64,000 bases of DNA. Source: Pachysolen tannophilus NRRL Y-2460 (taxonomy: Eukaryota). Where the stretch lies: NCBI GenBank assembly GCA_001661245.1, contig KV454013.1, forward strand, positions 714,502-778,501. Reading direction: 5' to 3'. A program made the translations under genes and the position numbers. The notes beneath the pieces are model-generated. The model did no database searches. It was not told the origin of the DNA and saw only the letters and a program-made list of their open reading frames with translations. Below, one piece after another: positions 33,544 to 43,399 of the stretch (its first letter is position 1; each line of letters opens with the position of its first letter).

Positions 33544-33918
33544 CTTAAAATTTTTCTATAAAATTTTTTTTCTATTCTGACTAAATGATAAGTAAAAAAG
33601 ATCTATTAAAGCAATAAAGAAAAGATAAAAAAATGAAAAAATTAAAAATACTCAAAAGCAGTAATGAACGAAATGCAATATTTTCTTTTTTGGTATGAAT
33701 TTGTTGTAATCGAAAACTGATAATGTTTCAAAAACTGGTATATGAAATGAACTTTTTCTCCTAGTAAAATGCTATTTTTTGTATATCTTGAAAGAATTCG
33801 AAAGAAATAAAATATAAAAATGTCATAGAAAATGAACAGAAATTTTGTGATCTATTAGTTTCAATAGAAAAAAAGATGATCGATTAATAGTTGACTAAAG
33901 TTGGTTTTGTAAATTAAA

Positions 33919-33947
33919 TTTGTTTACAATTTACCTTTTTGGGAAAA
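33919..33947 (-). promoter_or_regulatory. Composite Mcm1-Forkhead (CLB2-cluster type) element for CDC20
   Basis: Minus strand reads TTCCCAAAAAGGTAAATTGTAAACAA, i.e. CC-N6-GG, a 6-nt spacer and GTAAACAA. Confidence 0.75.
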
Positions 33948-34028
33948 GTAATGAAAATTACGTTACAAACAATAGAGACCTATATACGTCGTTGATGTAA
34001 ACTAGAAATTACCTAAAAGGGAAATTTT

Positions 34029-37000
34029 TCATTTTGTTTCTTCGTCCTCGTCTTCATCGTCTTCTTCATCTTCGTCGTCTTCGTCTTCTTCGTATTCTTC
34101 GTCTTCTTCGTCTTCTTCTGACCCATCTTCTGAATCATATTCACTTCCACTCTCACCATCGTCGTCTTCATGAGATACCGCGATATTTTCTACGTTTACT
34201 TGAAATCCATCAGTTTCTAAGGCTTTCCTGAAATCTTCTAATTTCGCTGGCTGAATGCATGCAAAGATTAACGAACTTTTGCTATCGAATAAAGGAACAA
34301 AATATTTTTGCATAATCTCTTTTAAATCAAAAACCGTGATTTTACCCAATTTAGCAATTAATTTTTTATTGTAATGTGGACCTCTTTCCATTAGGACGGT
34401 ATCTAAAAACTGGTTTTCAGCAGCACGGAAATAATTAGTCTCGCCGCTGGCAACAGCATTAACAATTGAACTTATTGCACCATGTACCATGGTCTCTTCA
34501 AATTTCAAAGTCCCATCAGCGTAATCATTCACAATTTTCTTGGCAACTTCTAATGCTTTTAATGCGTCTGAACCCCTATAGATACTGAAGGCCAAATGAC
34601 CACATTCAAGCTCTCTATAAATATTTGCACCATATGCTAATCCAGTACCTCTGATACCTCTCCAAAGAGGGCCCTCAACAGTTTGCAAATACTCTGATGC
34701 TAAAGCAATTTTAGGAATATCCTCATCCAAATAATCAGTTGGAATCAGAGTTATGGATTCCAAAAAAACGGCACCAGTAGCAGGTGCAGTTATTAAATAT
34801 GCTTTACCTGATAATTTTTTTCCTACCTCAGATTTAGCATTGAAAGAACGTGGTATTGGTTCTAATTTTGAAACCGAAGATTGTTCTAGAGGAATTAACT
34901 TCTTCCAAGAAGATACGGGGTTTTCAAGAGATAAAATATCACCACTAATGAAAATTCTCATATTGTTCAAATTGAATAATTCAGTTCTAATCTTTTCCAA
35001 TTTCTCTTCAATTTCAGAATATCTACCGACTTCTATTTTTTTCAACATTTCTTCATAAAATTCATTGGAAAATAAAGGATCTTTAGAATGTCTTAAAGAT
35101 CTTTTTCCAAAAACTGTTCTATTCAAAATAGATTGCATCATTAACGATCCACTTCTTTTTTTCTCAGGTAAACTATTAATCAACTTTTTAATAGAAACAG
35201 TTATCCTTTGTTCATCAAATTTTGTAAACCGGATAAGTTTTTTAAACCACTCAATGGCTTTCTCATAATTTTCCCTCTTTACTTGAATCCTAAAACTGAC
35301 AATTTCTTCAAAATTTCTCCCGCTAAAAGAAGTAGATAGATCAGTTTCTATAGTTTCTTTCTTAAGTTGAGATATAACAGACTCGTATGGAATTACTGTT
35401 CCGTCTTCAAGAACAATTGGTAATGAAGTAATATCCTCCAAAAGAGCTAGATATGGCAATAGCTCTTCATCAATTGCAAATGAAGATGTGATAATATTCA
35501 AGCAAATAAATTGACTTCTGAAATGCTCAAAATGGAAGAATAATGGGAAATCTTTTGGAGTATCGTTGTGAATATGTTTACCAACCAGCAATTCATGATT
35601 ATTATTTTTCTTGTTAAGACCACAACCAATTGAAGTTGTCTGAATAAATTCAATTTTTGCAGGATCAGGCTGTTCGAACTTCAGTAAAATTTCGTCTGGA
35701 ATGGGCATATCATTCAAAGCTTGGGCATTTTTCAATTTCTCCCGTAACTGTTTCAAATCAAACTTTGTTTTTCTCTCCTTGAAAGTTTTCTTTTCTTCAA
35801 GTTTCTTTTGTAAATACAAAGTAGATGATGGTCTTGCCAATACTGCCACACATTTATTATCAACAAGGTATTTTTTAAGAAATGAACACCATTGATCAAC
35901 GGTCCATCCTGCTAAAATATCATATTCGTCCAAATTTTTAGACATTTTTGCTAATTCTGAGCCATCAACATTACCATATAAAAATTCATCAATGGCAATT
36001 TTAGAAATAGATTCTGGAGTTAATTCTGTCGTATAGATAAACTCGGTTTTAACTGTTTCTATTACTTCTTTGATCCTTTTTAAATCAAAATATTCAGGAT
36101 TACTCAGAGTCTCTAACAATTTTATAGTGGTTTCAAAACATTCTTTTAATTTTTCAGTCGGTATACTAGAAATAGACAAATTGATTCCAGTCCTAATATA
36201 ATCGTCCGTGTGATATTCTACATTTGACGCTAAAGGTTCGTTTATCTCAACTAAACTTTTTTGTAACAACGAAATTGGTGAGTCAGTTAAATAAGTTCCC
36301 AAGATGTCAATTGCTATATTAGAAACGATATCTTTAAAATCGGGCCCAATCCATGATAACAAGATTTCACCTGTAGTTTCATCTTGATCAGGGAACTGAA
36401 CTTCCCTCACTACTTGAGTAGTCAAAGGTAAGACTTCAGGAGAGTCAACAAAAGGTCTCCTTTGAGCAATCAGTGGAAGCAGAGGTAATTCATCATCAAT
36501 CTCAGTCATTATTTTTAAAAGTTCATTTTTATCTACCGTACCAGTTACTATAACATCCAAATTGTCAGGTCTATAATTATCCTTGTGGTATTGTCTAATT
36601 TCACCACTTGTCAATTCCCTCAAATTCTTAGTTATCCCACCAGTCTCATAGGCATAACCAGATTTACCATACAATGCTCTTTTTGAATGCAAATTGGCTA
36701 TCGAAAACGAATTATCTTCAATACCAATTAACTCACTGAAAACAACACCTTTCTCTCTGGCATTCCCATCGACATGATAAACTTCAGTGTAACATGCCTC
36801 GTCAGTAATAGTTGGATGAAATAAATGGTCCAAATAAATAGGTAATAATTTTTTGAAACCTTCCCAACCTGCTGTACTTAAAGTGTACACAGTCTGGTCA
36901 GTCCCAGTCCAAGCATTGGTTGATGAAAAAGCCAAGTTCCCCAAAGTATCCAATAAACCTTTGAATGGATACTTCTTGGACCCCATAAATACCAAGTGCT

Positions 37001-37211
37001 CCAACGTATGAGGAGACCCAGAATCATCAAAGCATTCAGTCGCAACAGCAAAGTAACCTTCCACTATTGGCGATTGTTGATCTATCAAGGTAAGCTGAAG
37101 ACCTGTCCTCGAAGAACGCCATTTCGAAACCTTACATGGTGAATAATCGACATCAAAGGCAGTTTGCAACTTGAAATTAGTAGACATGCTTCTTTTAAGA
37201 AATTTAAACAT
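34029..37211 (-). CDS. SDD3: M16 (insulinase-like) zinc metallopeptidase, YOL098C/Sdd3-like
   Basis: Inverted zinc motif HTLEH in DSGSPHTLEHLVFMGS; TNAWT; EGPLWRGIRGTGLAYGA; acidic tail. Confidence 0.85.
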   Translation of the reverse strand: MFKFLKRSMSTNFKLQTAFDVDYSPCKVSKWRSSRTGLQLTLIDQQSPIVEGYFAVATECFDDSGSPHTLEHLVFMGSKKYPFKGLLDTLGNLAFSSTNAWTGTDQTVYTLSTAGWEGFKKLLPIYLDHLFHPTITDEACYTEVYHVDGNAREKGVVFSELIGIEDNSFSIANLHSKRALYGKSGYAYETGGITKNLRELTSGEIRQYHKDNYRPDNLDVIVTGTVDKNELLKIMTEIDDELPLLPLIAQRRPFVDSPEVLPLTTQVVREVQFPDQDETTGEILLSWIGPDFKDIVSNIAIDILGTYLTDSPISLLQKSLVEINEPLASNVEYHTDDYIRTGINLSISSIPTEKLKECFETTIKLLETLSNPEYFDLKRIKEVIETVKTEFIYTTELTPESISKIAIDEFLYGNVDGSELAKMSKNLDEYDILAGWTVDQWCSFLKKYLVDNKCVAVLARPSSTLYLQKKLEEKKTFKERKTKFDLKQLREKLKNAQALNDMPIPDEILLKFEQPDPAKIEFIQTTSIGCGLNKKNNNHELLVGKHIHNDTPKDFPLFFHFEHFRSQFICLNIITSSFAIDEELLPYLALLEDITSLPIVLEDGTVIPYESVISQLKKETIETDLSTSFSGRNFEEIVSFRIQVKRENYEKAIEWFKKLIRFTKFDEQRITVSIKKLINSLPEKKRSGSLMMQSILNRTVFGKRSLRHSKDPLFSNEFYEEMLKKIEVGRYSEIEEKLEKIRTELFNLNNMRIFISGDILSLENPVSSWKKLIPLEQSSVSKLEPIPRSFNAKSEVGKKLSGKAYLITAPATGAVFLESITLIPTDYLDEDIPKIALASEYLQTVEGPLWRGIRGTGLAYGANIYRELECGHLAFSIYRGSDALKALEVAKKIVNDYADGTLKFEETMVHGAISSIVNAVASGETNYFRAAENQFLDTVLMERGPHYNKKLIAKLGKITVFDLKEIMQKYFVPLFDSKSSLIFACIQPAKLEDFRKALETDGFQVNVENIAVSHEDDDGESGSEYDSEDGSEEDEEDEEYEEDEDDEDEEDDEDEDEETK

Positions 37212-37433
37212 AAATCGAATATATCAATATCTACCAGATCAATTAAAACCTGTTTCTTTGTATTTAGTGATGAATTCAATTTTGTAGGTGAAAAATTTCT
37301 GTTAAACCAAAAAAAAAAAATGCATAATTCACTAAGAAAAATCTGTTTAATGAACAGATGAAATAGCTAATTACTAAAATCATTTAATAAATTAATTATT
37401 TAAAACTCATTGGCTTAAGAAGAAACGCTGAAG

Positions 37434-38186
37434 ATGAGGTTTTTAACAGTTTTAGAAGTAATCTTTGTGTTTATTGGTTTTGTGTATTCACAAGCTGTGG
37501 AAGATCCACCTTTCACCCATAAGGTAACATTTACAATTGAAAATAATAACGAAGTTGGTGACCTTACAATAGGTTTATTTGGTACTGTGGTTCCAAAGAC
37601 TGTCAAGAATTTTGTTCAACTATCAACTGGTGAGAATGGTTATGGATATAATAATACAATTTTCCATCGTATCATCAAAGATTTTATGATTCAAGGTGGA
37701 GACATTGAAGGTAAGAATGGTATTGGTGGTTATTCAATCTATGGAGCAAAATTCGACGACGAAAACTTTATCTTAAAGCATGATCACTTTGGCCGTTTAT
37801 CCATGGCCAATGCTGGTCCAAATACTCAAGGTTCTCAATTTTTCATTACAACAGTTGGTGAAACAAAATGGTTAGATGGACATCATGTCGTGTTTGGGCA
37901 AGTTACAGATGGCTTTAAGTTTTTAAGTAAGCTTGGCGATGTAGAAACAGCAAAAGCAGATAAACCAATCAAGGATGTTAAAATTATTGGCACTAAAGTT
38001 GTTGAGTTGAAAGTAGATCAAAAGGAAAACAATGATTATCTTGAAAATTCAGATGTTCAACAACATCATTTGGGCAAATTTTGGTTACTTTTATTTGGAA
38101 TTTTCTTTTCGGGATTAGGTTTCTGGTTTTTTAAAGTTAAGAAACAATATTCTAAAACCATTAAAAATGATTTTGAAATGGCATGA
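37434..38186 (+). CDS. Secretory-pathway cyclophilin with signal peptide and C-terminal TM (Cpr4/Cpr8-like by position)
   Basis: Motifs [27 protein letters not shown] and [10 protein letters not shown]; hydrophobic N- and C-termini. Confidence 0.9.
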   Translation: MRFLTVLEVIFVFIGFVYSQAVEDPPFTHKVTFTIENNNEVGDLTIGLFGTVVPKTVKNFVQLSTGENGYGYNNTIFHRIIKDFMIQGGDIEGKNGIGGYSIYGAKFDDENFILKHDHFGRLSMANAGPNTQGSQFFITTVGETKWLDGHHVVFGQVTDGFKFLSKLGDVETAKADKPIKDVKIIGTKVVELKVDQKENNDYLENSDVQQHHLGKFWLLLFGIFFSGLGFWFFKVKKQYSKTIKNDFEMA

Positions 38187-38369
38187 TCGAAGAATTACTG
38201 GTTAAATTTTCGATCTTTTTATGTATTTATATATATATATATATATATATTATGGAATTTGTACATGGTTTGTATTTTATACATATTTCTTGAATCATTA
38301 AAGAAAGTAAACAGAAGATATAGAACAAGTAAAATATTAATAACTAAGTTTTTTTTATTTTTTTTTTTT

Positions 38370-40067
38370 TCAAACTTCAGCTTTGTCATAAATAAACATC
38401 ATGTCACGTTGGACAACAACTCTTTCCAACAATCTTTTCGCAAAATCAAGATCGTGCCTTATTAGAATGTCCTCAATTAACTTAATAATCAAATTGTAAT
38501 TTCTCACAAGTTCCATCAATGGATTGATGTTAACCCCACCAAAACCTTTCACCACACCAGTCTTTAACCATTTTTGAGTCTCATCCATCGCCCCATACAA
38601 CTTATAATTTATAATTTGTTCATTATATTCAGATATATGATCTATATCTAAATCAGTAATCACATAATCAAAATTTCCCCATATGTTTCCTTCATTTCCC
38701 AATAACACAGTTGTATTTTCTGTTTTATCATAAGCTATTTTAAAATTCTTTAATGAATCTGGCTGAATCTCACCAAATAATGTAATTCCTGTCATACACA
38801 GTGGAACATCCATATGTATCGTAATATTTTTTTTATTTGTAGGCATAAATAAATCATTATTCAATGAGAAATCTTTATCTATTAATCTTTCATTTAAAAT
38901 TTGTAAAGCGGTACCACCTGGATAGTTGAGTGAAGAAGCGTAGAGCATGAAGGTTGAAGAAGCAATTGCAGTGACTGTAGATATCCCAATAAATACATTG
39001 AAAAAAAATTTAAAAATCTTATTTGAACGAGTTGTCACATAAACTGCACCATTAGCTCCAAGCATGGTGATACCAGGGATTGCATAGATAATAAATCTCC
39101 ATTCCTTATGTGGTTGAAATGACATCAAAAACACATATAATAAAGAACTTAACCCAATTGTTCTAATCGTGTTTACTTTTGAACAAGTATTGAAAAATAA
39201 TCCAGGAAGAATCAAACTTGGTACAATAGGAGGGAAAAAAAGAGTTTTGAAATATTTGAAGAAATAAGCACCAAACGGTTCAACCCCCCAATCTTTAGAC
39301 TTCCCTTGTACAACATTAAAATAAAATGAAGATAATTCAGGAAGACATGGAAATTGATCCCACATATACGAATCAACAAACAATGTGGCTAAAATTCCGC
39401 TAACAGAACCAACAAAAATTGTCAATATAGCAAAATCGTAAGGAGTCTGAGCAGATAATATTGAAACAAAACCAAGACAAAAAATGAAAATGCATAATTC
39501 TACTCTAAATACAATAGTAGTGAAAGCTAACCACGTAAAACCTGTAATGAAATCACCTTGTAAGCAAAAATTTAAAGCATGTATAACAAATGGTAAGGCA
39601 ATAAAGTTTGGTAAAGTCCTTGAAGCATAATAAACCATGTGGAATTGGAAATATTGAAATAAACCATAAAAAATACTTAATTTTCTATTCAACCCTTTTA
39701 CTGAAATGTTGTACAACGTATTTCTTAACCTTATCAACATAAGGCCATTTATTAACCCTAAAATGCATCTTACAACAAGCTGATAATCTAACAACGTGAC
39801 CAACTTCGATTCATCCATGAAAAAGGTAAAAGGTTTCAACAACAAAGCAAGTATCATTGGACCTATGAAAGTTCTCTTAACCAGACCCGGGAACTCATTA
39901 TGGTCAAACTTTGATAAGTCAAATAATCCATACTTATTCAAATCGTAAATTGCCTGAATATTAAAACTCTCTTCAACTTTTGTATATGGTGAAACATATA
40001 TGTGAAGCAAAATCGATCCTACCAACAAAATATCTAGAATAGCCCAATTATCCTTTACAGAAATCAT
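38370..40067 (-). CDS. ALG12: Dol-P-Man alpha-1,6-mannosyltransferase
   Basis: Motifs PYTKVEESFNIQA, YYASRTLPN, FQPHKEWRFI, NYPGG and CMTGITLF; ATG at 40067. Confidence 0.93.
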   Translation of the reverse strand: MISVKDNWAILDILLVGSILLHIYVSPYTKVEESFNIQAIYDLNKYGLFDLSKFDHNEFPGLVKRTFIGPMILALLLKPFTFFMDESKLVTLLDYQLVVRCILGLINGLMLIRLRNTLYNISVKGLNRKLSIFYGLFQYFQFHMVYYASRTLPNFIALPFVIHALNFCLQGDFITGFTWLAFTTIVFRVELCIFIFCLGFVSILSAQTPYDFAILTIFVGSVSGILATLFVDSYMWDQFPCLPELSSFYFNVVQGKSKDWGVEPFGAYFFKYFKTLFFPPIVPSLILPGLFFNTCSKVNTIRTIGLSSLLYVFLMSFQPHKEWRFIIYAIPGITMLGANGAVYVTTRSNKIFKFFFNVFIGISTVTAIASSTFMLYASSLNYPGGTALQILNERLIDKDFSLNNDLFMPTNKKNITIHMDVPLCMTGITLFGEIQPDSLKNFKIAYDKTENTTVLLGNEGNIWGNFDYVITDLDIDHISEYNEQIINYKLYGAMDETQKWLKTGVVKGFGGVNINPLMELVRNYNLIIKLIEDILIRHDLDFAKRLLERVVVQRDMMFIYDKAEV

Positions 40068-40149
40068 CTTGTCCCCTTCCGGTCTCAAGTTTTCTTTGAT
40101 ATCATGTAAATCTGATATAAATAAAGTGATAGCACTAATCTTTTTATGG

Positions 40150-40197
<48 letters not shown>

Positions 40198-40283
40198 TTT
40201 TTTTCACCAATTTTTAATAATTATTGCAAATCATTTATGTCAATCGATGCAAATACAAATGAAGAAGAGCTAAATAAAGTAAG

Positions 40284-41516
40284 ATGTTTCCCAATGACGA
40301 TGAGATTCCGCAGTTGGTGAGAAGTGAGGAAGAAATAGGGGATTTGAAGTTAGAGACAACACCAACTCCAAGAATAGTTCATCAAAAAGAATCTACTAAA
40401 ACCGATGACGTAGAAGAAGAGAAACAAGTTGTGGAGAATACAGATAAAGTTCCAATAACGATTATAACAGGTTATCTTGGATCGGGTAAATCAACTTTAT
40501 TAGATTATATTGCCCGTAGAGGTGGACGTAAATTAGCAGTTATTTTAAATGAATTTGGAGATTCTTCTAGTATTGAAAAATCGATTGCCATTAAAAATGG
40601 GAATAAATCATATGAAGAATGGCTTGATTTAGGTAATGGATGTTTATGCTGTTCAGTTAAAGATGTTGGAGTGGCAGCAATTGAGAAACTAGTTAATGAG
40701 AAGCGTGGGAAGTTTGACTATATATTATTGGAAACTACTGGTATTGCTGACCCTGCACCAATTGCAAGTATGTTTTGGCTTGATGAAGGCTTGGTTTCAA
40801 ACGTTTACATAGATGGCGTTGTAACGGTATTAGATAGTGAGCACATTTTGAAGTGTTTAGACGATGTTGGTGGTCATTGGCATGGAGATGACAGTGATAA
40901 TAGGTCAGAAAAAGATATTACCACTGCACATTTGCAAATTGCATTAGCAGATACAATTCTCTTGAATAAAATTGATAATGTACTGAGTTCTATAGAGAAG
41001 GACAAAATAATTTCAAGAGTTAAAAGTATTAATTCAGTTGCACCAATTTATGAAACCAGTTATGGTAACATTGATCTAGATAAGATTTTAGATTTACATG
41101 CATATGATTCTAAAACTGATTTATCTTTTTTAGAAACTCCATCATCATTTCATGATCCAAGAATTTCTACAATTTGTCTTCAATTTCCTAAATTTTTTGA
41201 TGAAAAATTCAATGAACAATTGATAAAGTTTGAAACTTTTTTACAGCATATTTTTTGGGAAGGTAAATTAAACGGAACAGAAGTCGAGATACATAGAACT
41301 AAAGGTTTAATAATGAATGAATCTAAATCAATAATTAAAGTTATTCAAGGTGTTAGGCAAACATATGATATTATTGATGGGAAGAATTATAATGGTAATG
41401 GTAATACTTGTAAATTGATTTTGATTGGTAAAAATTTACAAAAAAATGATCTCATTCAAGAATTTTCTAATTATGAACTCGGATTCAATAAACGAGATAT
41501 TTTTTGTCTGAAGTAA
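40284..41516 (+). CDS. ZNG1: COG0523/CobW Zn-chaperone GTPase Zng1 (YNR029C-like)
   Basis: Motifs [22 protein letters not shown] and NKID; N-terminal IPQLV motif; divergent from ALG12 as in S. cerevisiae. Confidence 0.9.
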   Translation: MFPNDDEIPQLVRSEEEIGDLKLETTPTPRIVHQKESTKTDDVEEEKQVVENTDKVPITIITGYLGSGKSTLLDYIARRGGRKLAVILNEFGDSSSIEKSIAIKNGNKSYEEWLDLGNGCLCCSVKDVGVAAIEKLVNEKRGKFDYILLETTGIADPAPIASMFWLDEGLVSNVYIDGVVTVLDSEHILKCLDDVGGHWHGDDSDNRSEKDITTAHLQIALADTILLNKIDNVLSSIEKDKIISRVKSINSVAPIYETSYGNIDLDKILDLHAYDSKTDLSFLETPSSFHDPRISTICLQFPKFFDEKFNEQLIKFETFLQHIFWEGKLNGTEVEIHRTKGLIMNESKSIIKVIQGVRQTYDIIDGKNYNGNGNTCKLILIGKNLQKNDLIQEFSNYELGFNKRDIFCLK

Positions 41517-41582
41517 TTAAAATTTTATAAAGCAAAATTAAATAATATTTAAATTAAAAAAAAAATTAATTAATAAATTATG

Positions 41583-41625
41583 GAAAATTATGGAAAAGTG
41601 TGGAAAAGTATGGAAGAGTTCCGAA
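41583..41625 (+). promoter_or_regulatory. Step-type heat-shock element array
   Basis: GAA at 41583, 41593, 41603, 41613 and 41623 (exact 10-bp period), upstream of a small HSP gene. Confidence 0.55.
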
Positions 41626-41880
41626 ATTTTTAATATACAACTTTCTTTCTTTTTTTTTGCTTTTCTTGCTCTTCTTTTTTGTACCTGTACAAACCACTTT
41701 TTTAATTTAATTTCCCATCTAGATGTGACATTAGACTAATTTATTCTTTCCAATTCTTTCTTAATACTCCACTAAATTGAATAAACTAATTTCTTTCTAT
41801 AATTAATTAATTAACTAATTAATTAGCTAATTAATTAAAACTAAACTGTAAAAATAACCTTCCATATGCCCAAATAGCTG

Positions 41881-41898
41881 GAACTTACTGGAAATTTC
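41881..41898 (+). promoter_or_regulatory. Gap-type heat-shock element
   Basis: GAA(41881)...GAA(41891)nnTTC(41896); another GAAnnTTC at 42071-42078; TCACGTG at 41924-41930; TATAAAA at 42111. Confidence 0.5.
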
Positions 41899-42266
41899 TA
41901 GGTACATACATAATTGAGCCGCATCACGTGTGGCGAGCTGTGATCTGTACAATCAATCAATAATACTGTGTTTTTCTTTTACTTTTACTTTATTTTTGGT
42001 TGAATTAGGATGAATCCGATCCTCATGATCATAAGATTTGAAATGAAAAAAGAAAAATGTGGATTTTTTAGAATTTTCCAAGAAATACGGATGGATGGGT
42101 TTCGAAATGATATAAAAGGAACAGGAGGTTTTAATTTTTTTCATTCTTAATTTGTTTTAAATCATCAGAGATAAATAATCATATTAGTTTTCAGTATTCA
42201 TTTAGAGAGTTTTTTATTACCAATACAGAATTATCAATTTATAAATTTATAAAAACAAGTTAGAAA

Positions 42267-42950
42267 ATGTCGTTCTTCTTAAACAACGATCCATTCTGGA
42301 ATTTTTTCGAAAACATTAACGATGAGGTTTCTAGTTTCAATGACTTTGTCAATAGTCAAAGACCAAGACAAAGACAAGCATTAGCAAAAGGTAACCGTAC
42401 AAGAAACCAAAGACAAGTTACCGCAGATGGTAATCAACCGGAAGGTGCAGGCTCATCACAACAGTTGACTAGTCAAAGAGGTAATAACAAGGAAAACAAC
42501 CAGGGTAATGGTAATGGTAGATTAACCACTTCTTCATTTTTCAACGATCCATTCTTTAACAGTGTTTCTCCATTCGATTTCAACTTTGATGCTGATATTG
42601 ATATTGTTCCACCTGTTGATATCATTGATAATGAAAAGAATTATGATGTTCATTTCTCAATCCCAGGTGCTGCTAAAGATCATATCACCATTGATTTCAA
42701 CAAGGACGATAACGAATTAGTTGTCAAGGGTGAAATTCCAGAAGTTGAATCAACAAAAGTTGAAGGTGAAGGTAAGAAAGCACGTAAATATATTGAACGT
42801 TCTTCAGGTAAATTTGAAAGACATATCGTCTTACCAAGTAAACTGGATGGAGATAATATTAAAGCCAAGTTTGAAAATGGTGTCTTGCAATTAGACGTTC
42901 CAAAATCAACTGAAGAGAAACTGAACAGCAAGAGAATTGAAATCTCATAA
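42267..42950 (+). CDS. HSP26: Small heat-shock protein (Hsp20/alpha-crystallin, Hsp26-like)
   Basis: Motifs PPVDI, ERSSGKFER, AKFENGVL and C-terminal IEI; HSEs in the promoter. Confidence 0.85.
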   Translation: MSFFLNNDPFWNFFENINDEVSSFNDFVNSQRPRQRQALAKGNRTRNQRQVTADGNQPEGAGSSQQLTSQRGNNKENNQGNGNGRLTTSSFFNDPFFNSVSPFDFNFDADIDIVPPVDIIDNEKNYDVHFSIPGAAKDHITIDFNKDDNELVVKGEIPEVESTKVEGEGKKARKYIERSSGKFERHIVLPSKLDGDNIKAKFENGVLQLDVPKSTEEKLNSKRIEIS

Positions 42951-43160
42951 TTCAAAACTTAAAAAGCCAAAAATCCAAAAATCTAGGAAAAAAGATAAGT
43001 TTACGAGTAATGAGAGTAATGGAAGCAATGAGAGATGAATTTCAATGATGCCCATCATCTAAATAAATTTTTTTATGTAGTCTTATATATTCTTTTTTGT
43101 ATAGGCGTTATTGAAGAGTCGTGTTCTTATGACTCAAAAAAATAAATTTTTGAAATTTTT

Positions 43161-43181
43161 TGAAAAATTTTCAGCTCATCT
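43161..43181 (+). promoter_or_regulatory. RRPE + PAC module upstream of UTP8
   Basis: TGAAAAATTTT (43161-43171) followed by GCTCATCT (43174-43181). Confidence 0.7.
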
Positions 43182-43399
43182 TGTAGAAAAATAATAGTAG
43201 TAGTAATTCTTTAATACCAAAAGTAAATTTAATTATAGTATAAAGTAAAGAGGTATTGGAGTAGTTATTTAAAAAGAAGTGGTGGAACTGATTTATTTTT
43301 ATATTCTTTATTTCCTATTAGGTGGTTGATATATAAAAAAAAAAGTTTTAACTGTTTTTGTTTTTTTTTTTTTTTTAATATTGGAATTTGGAATTGATT

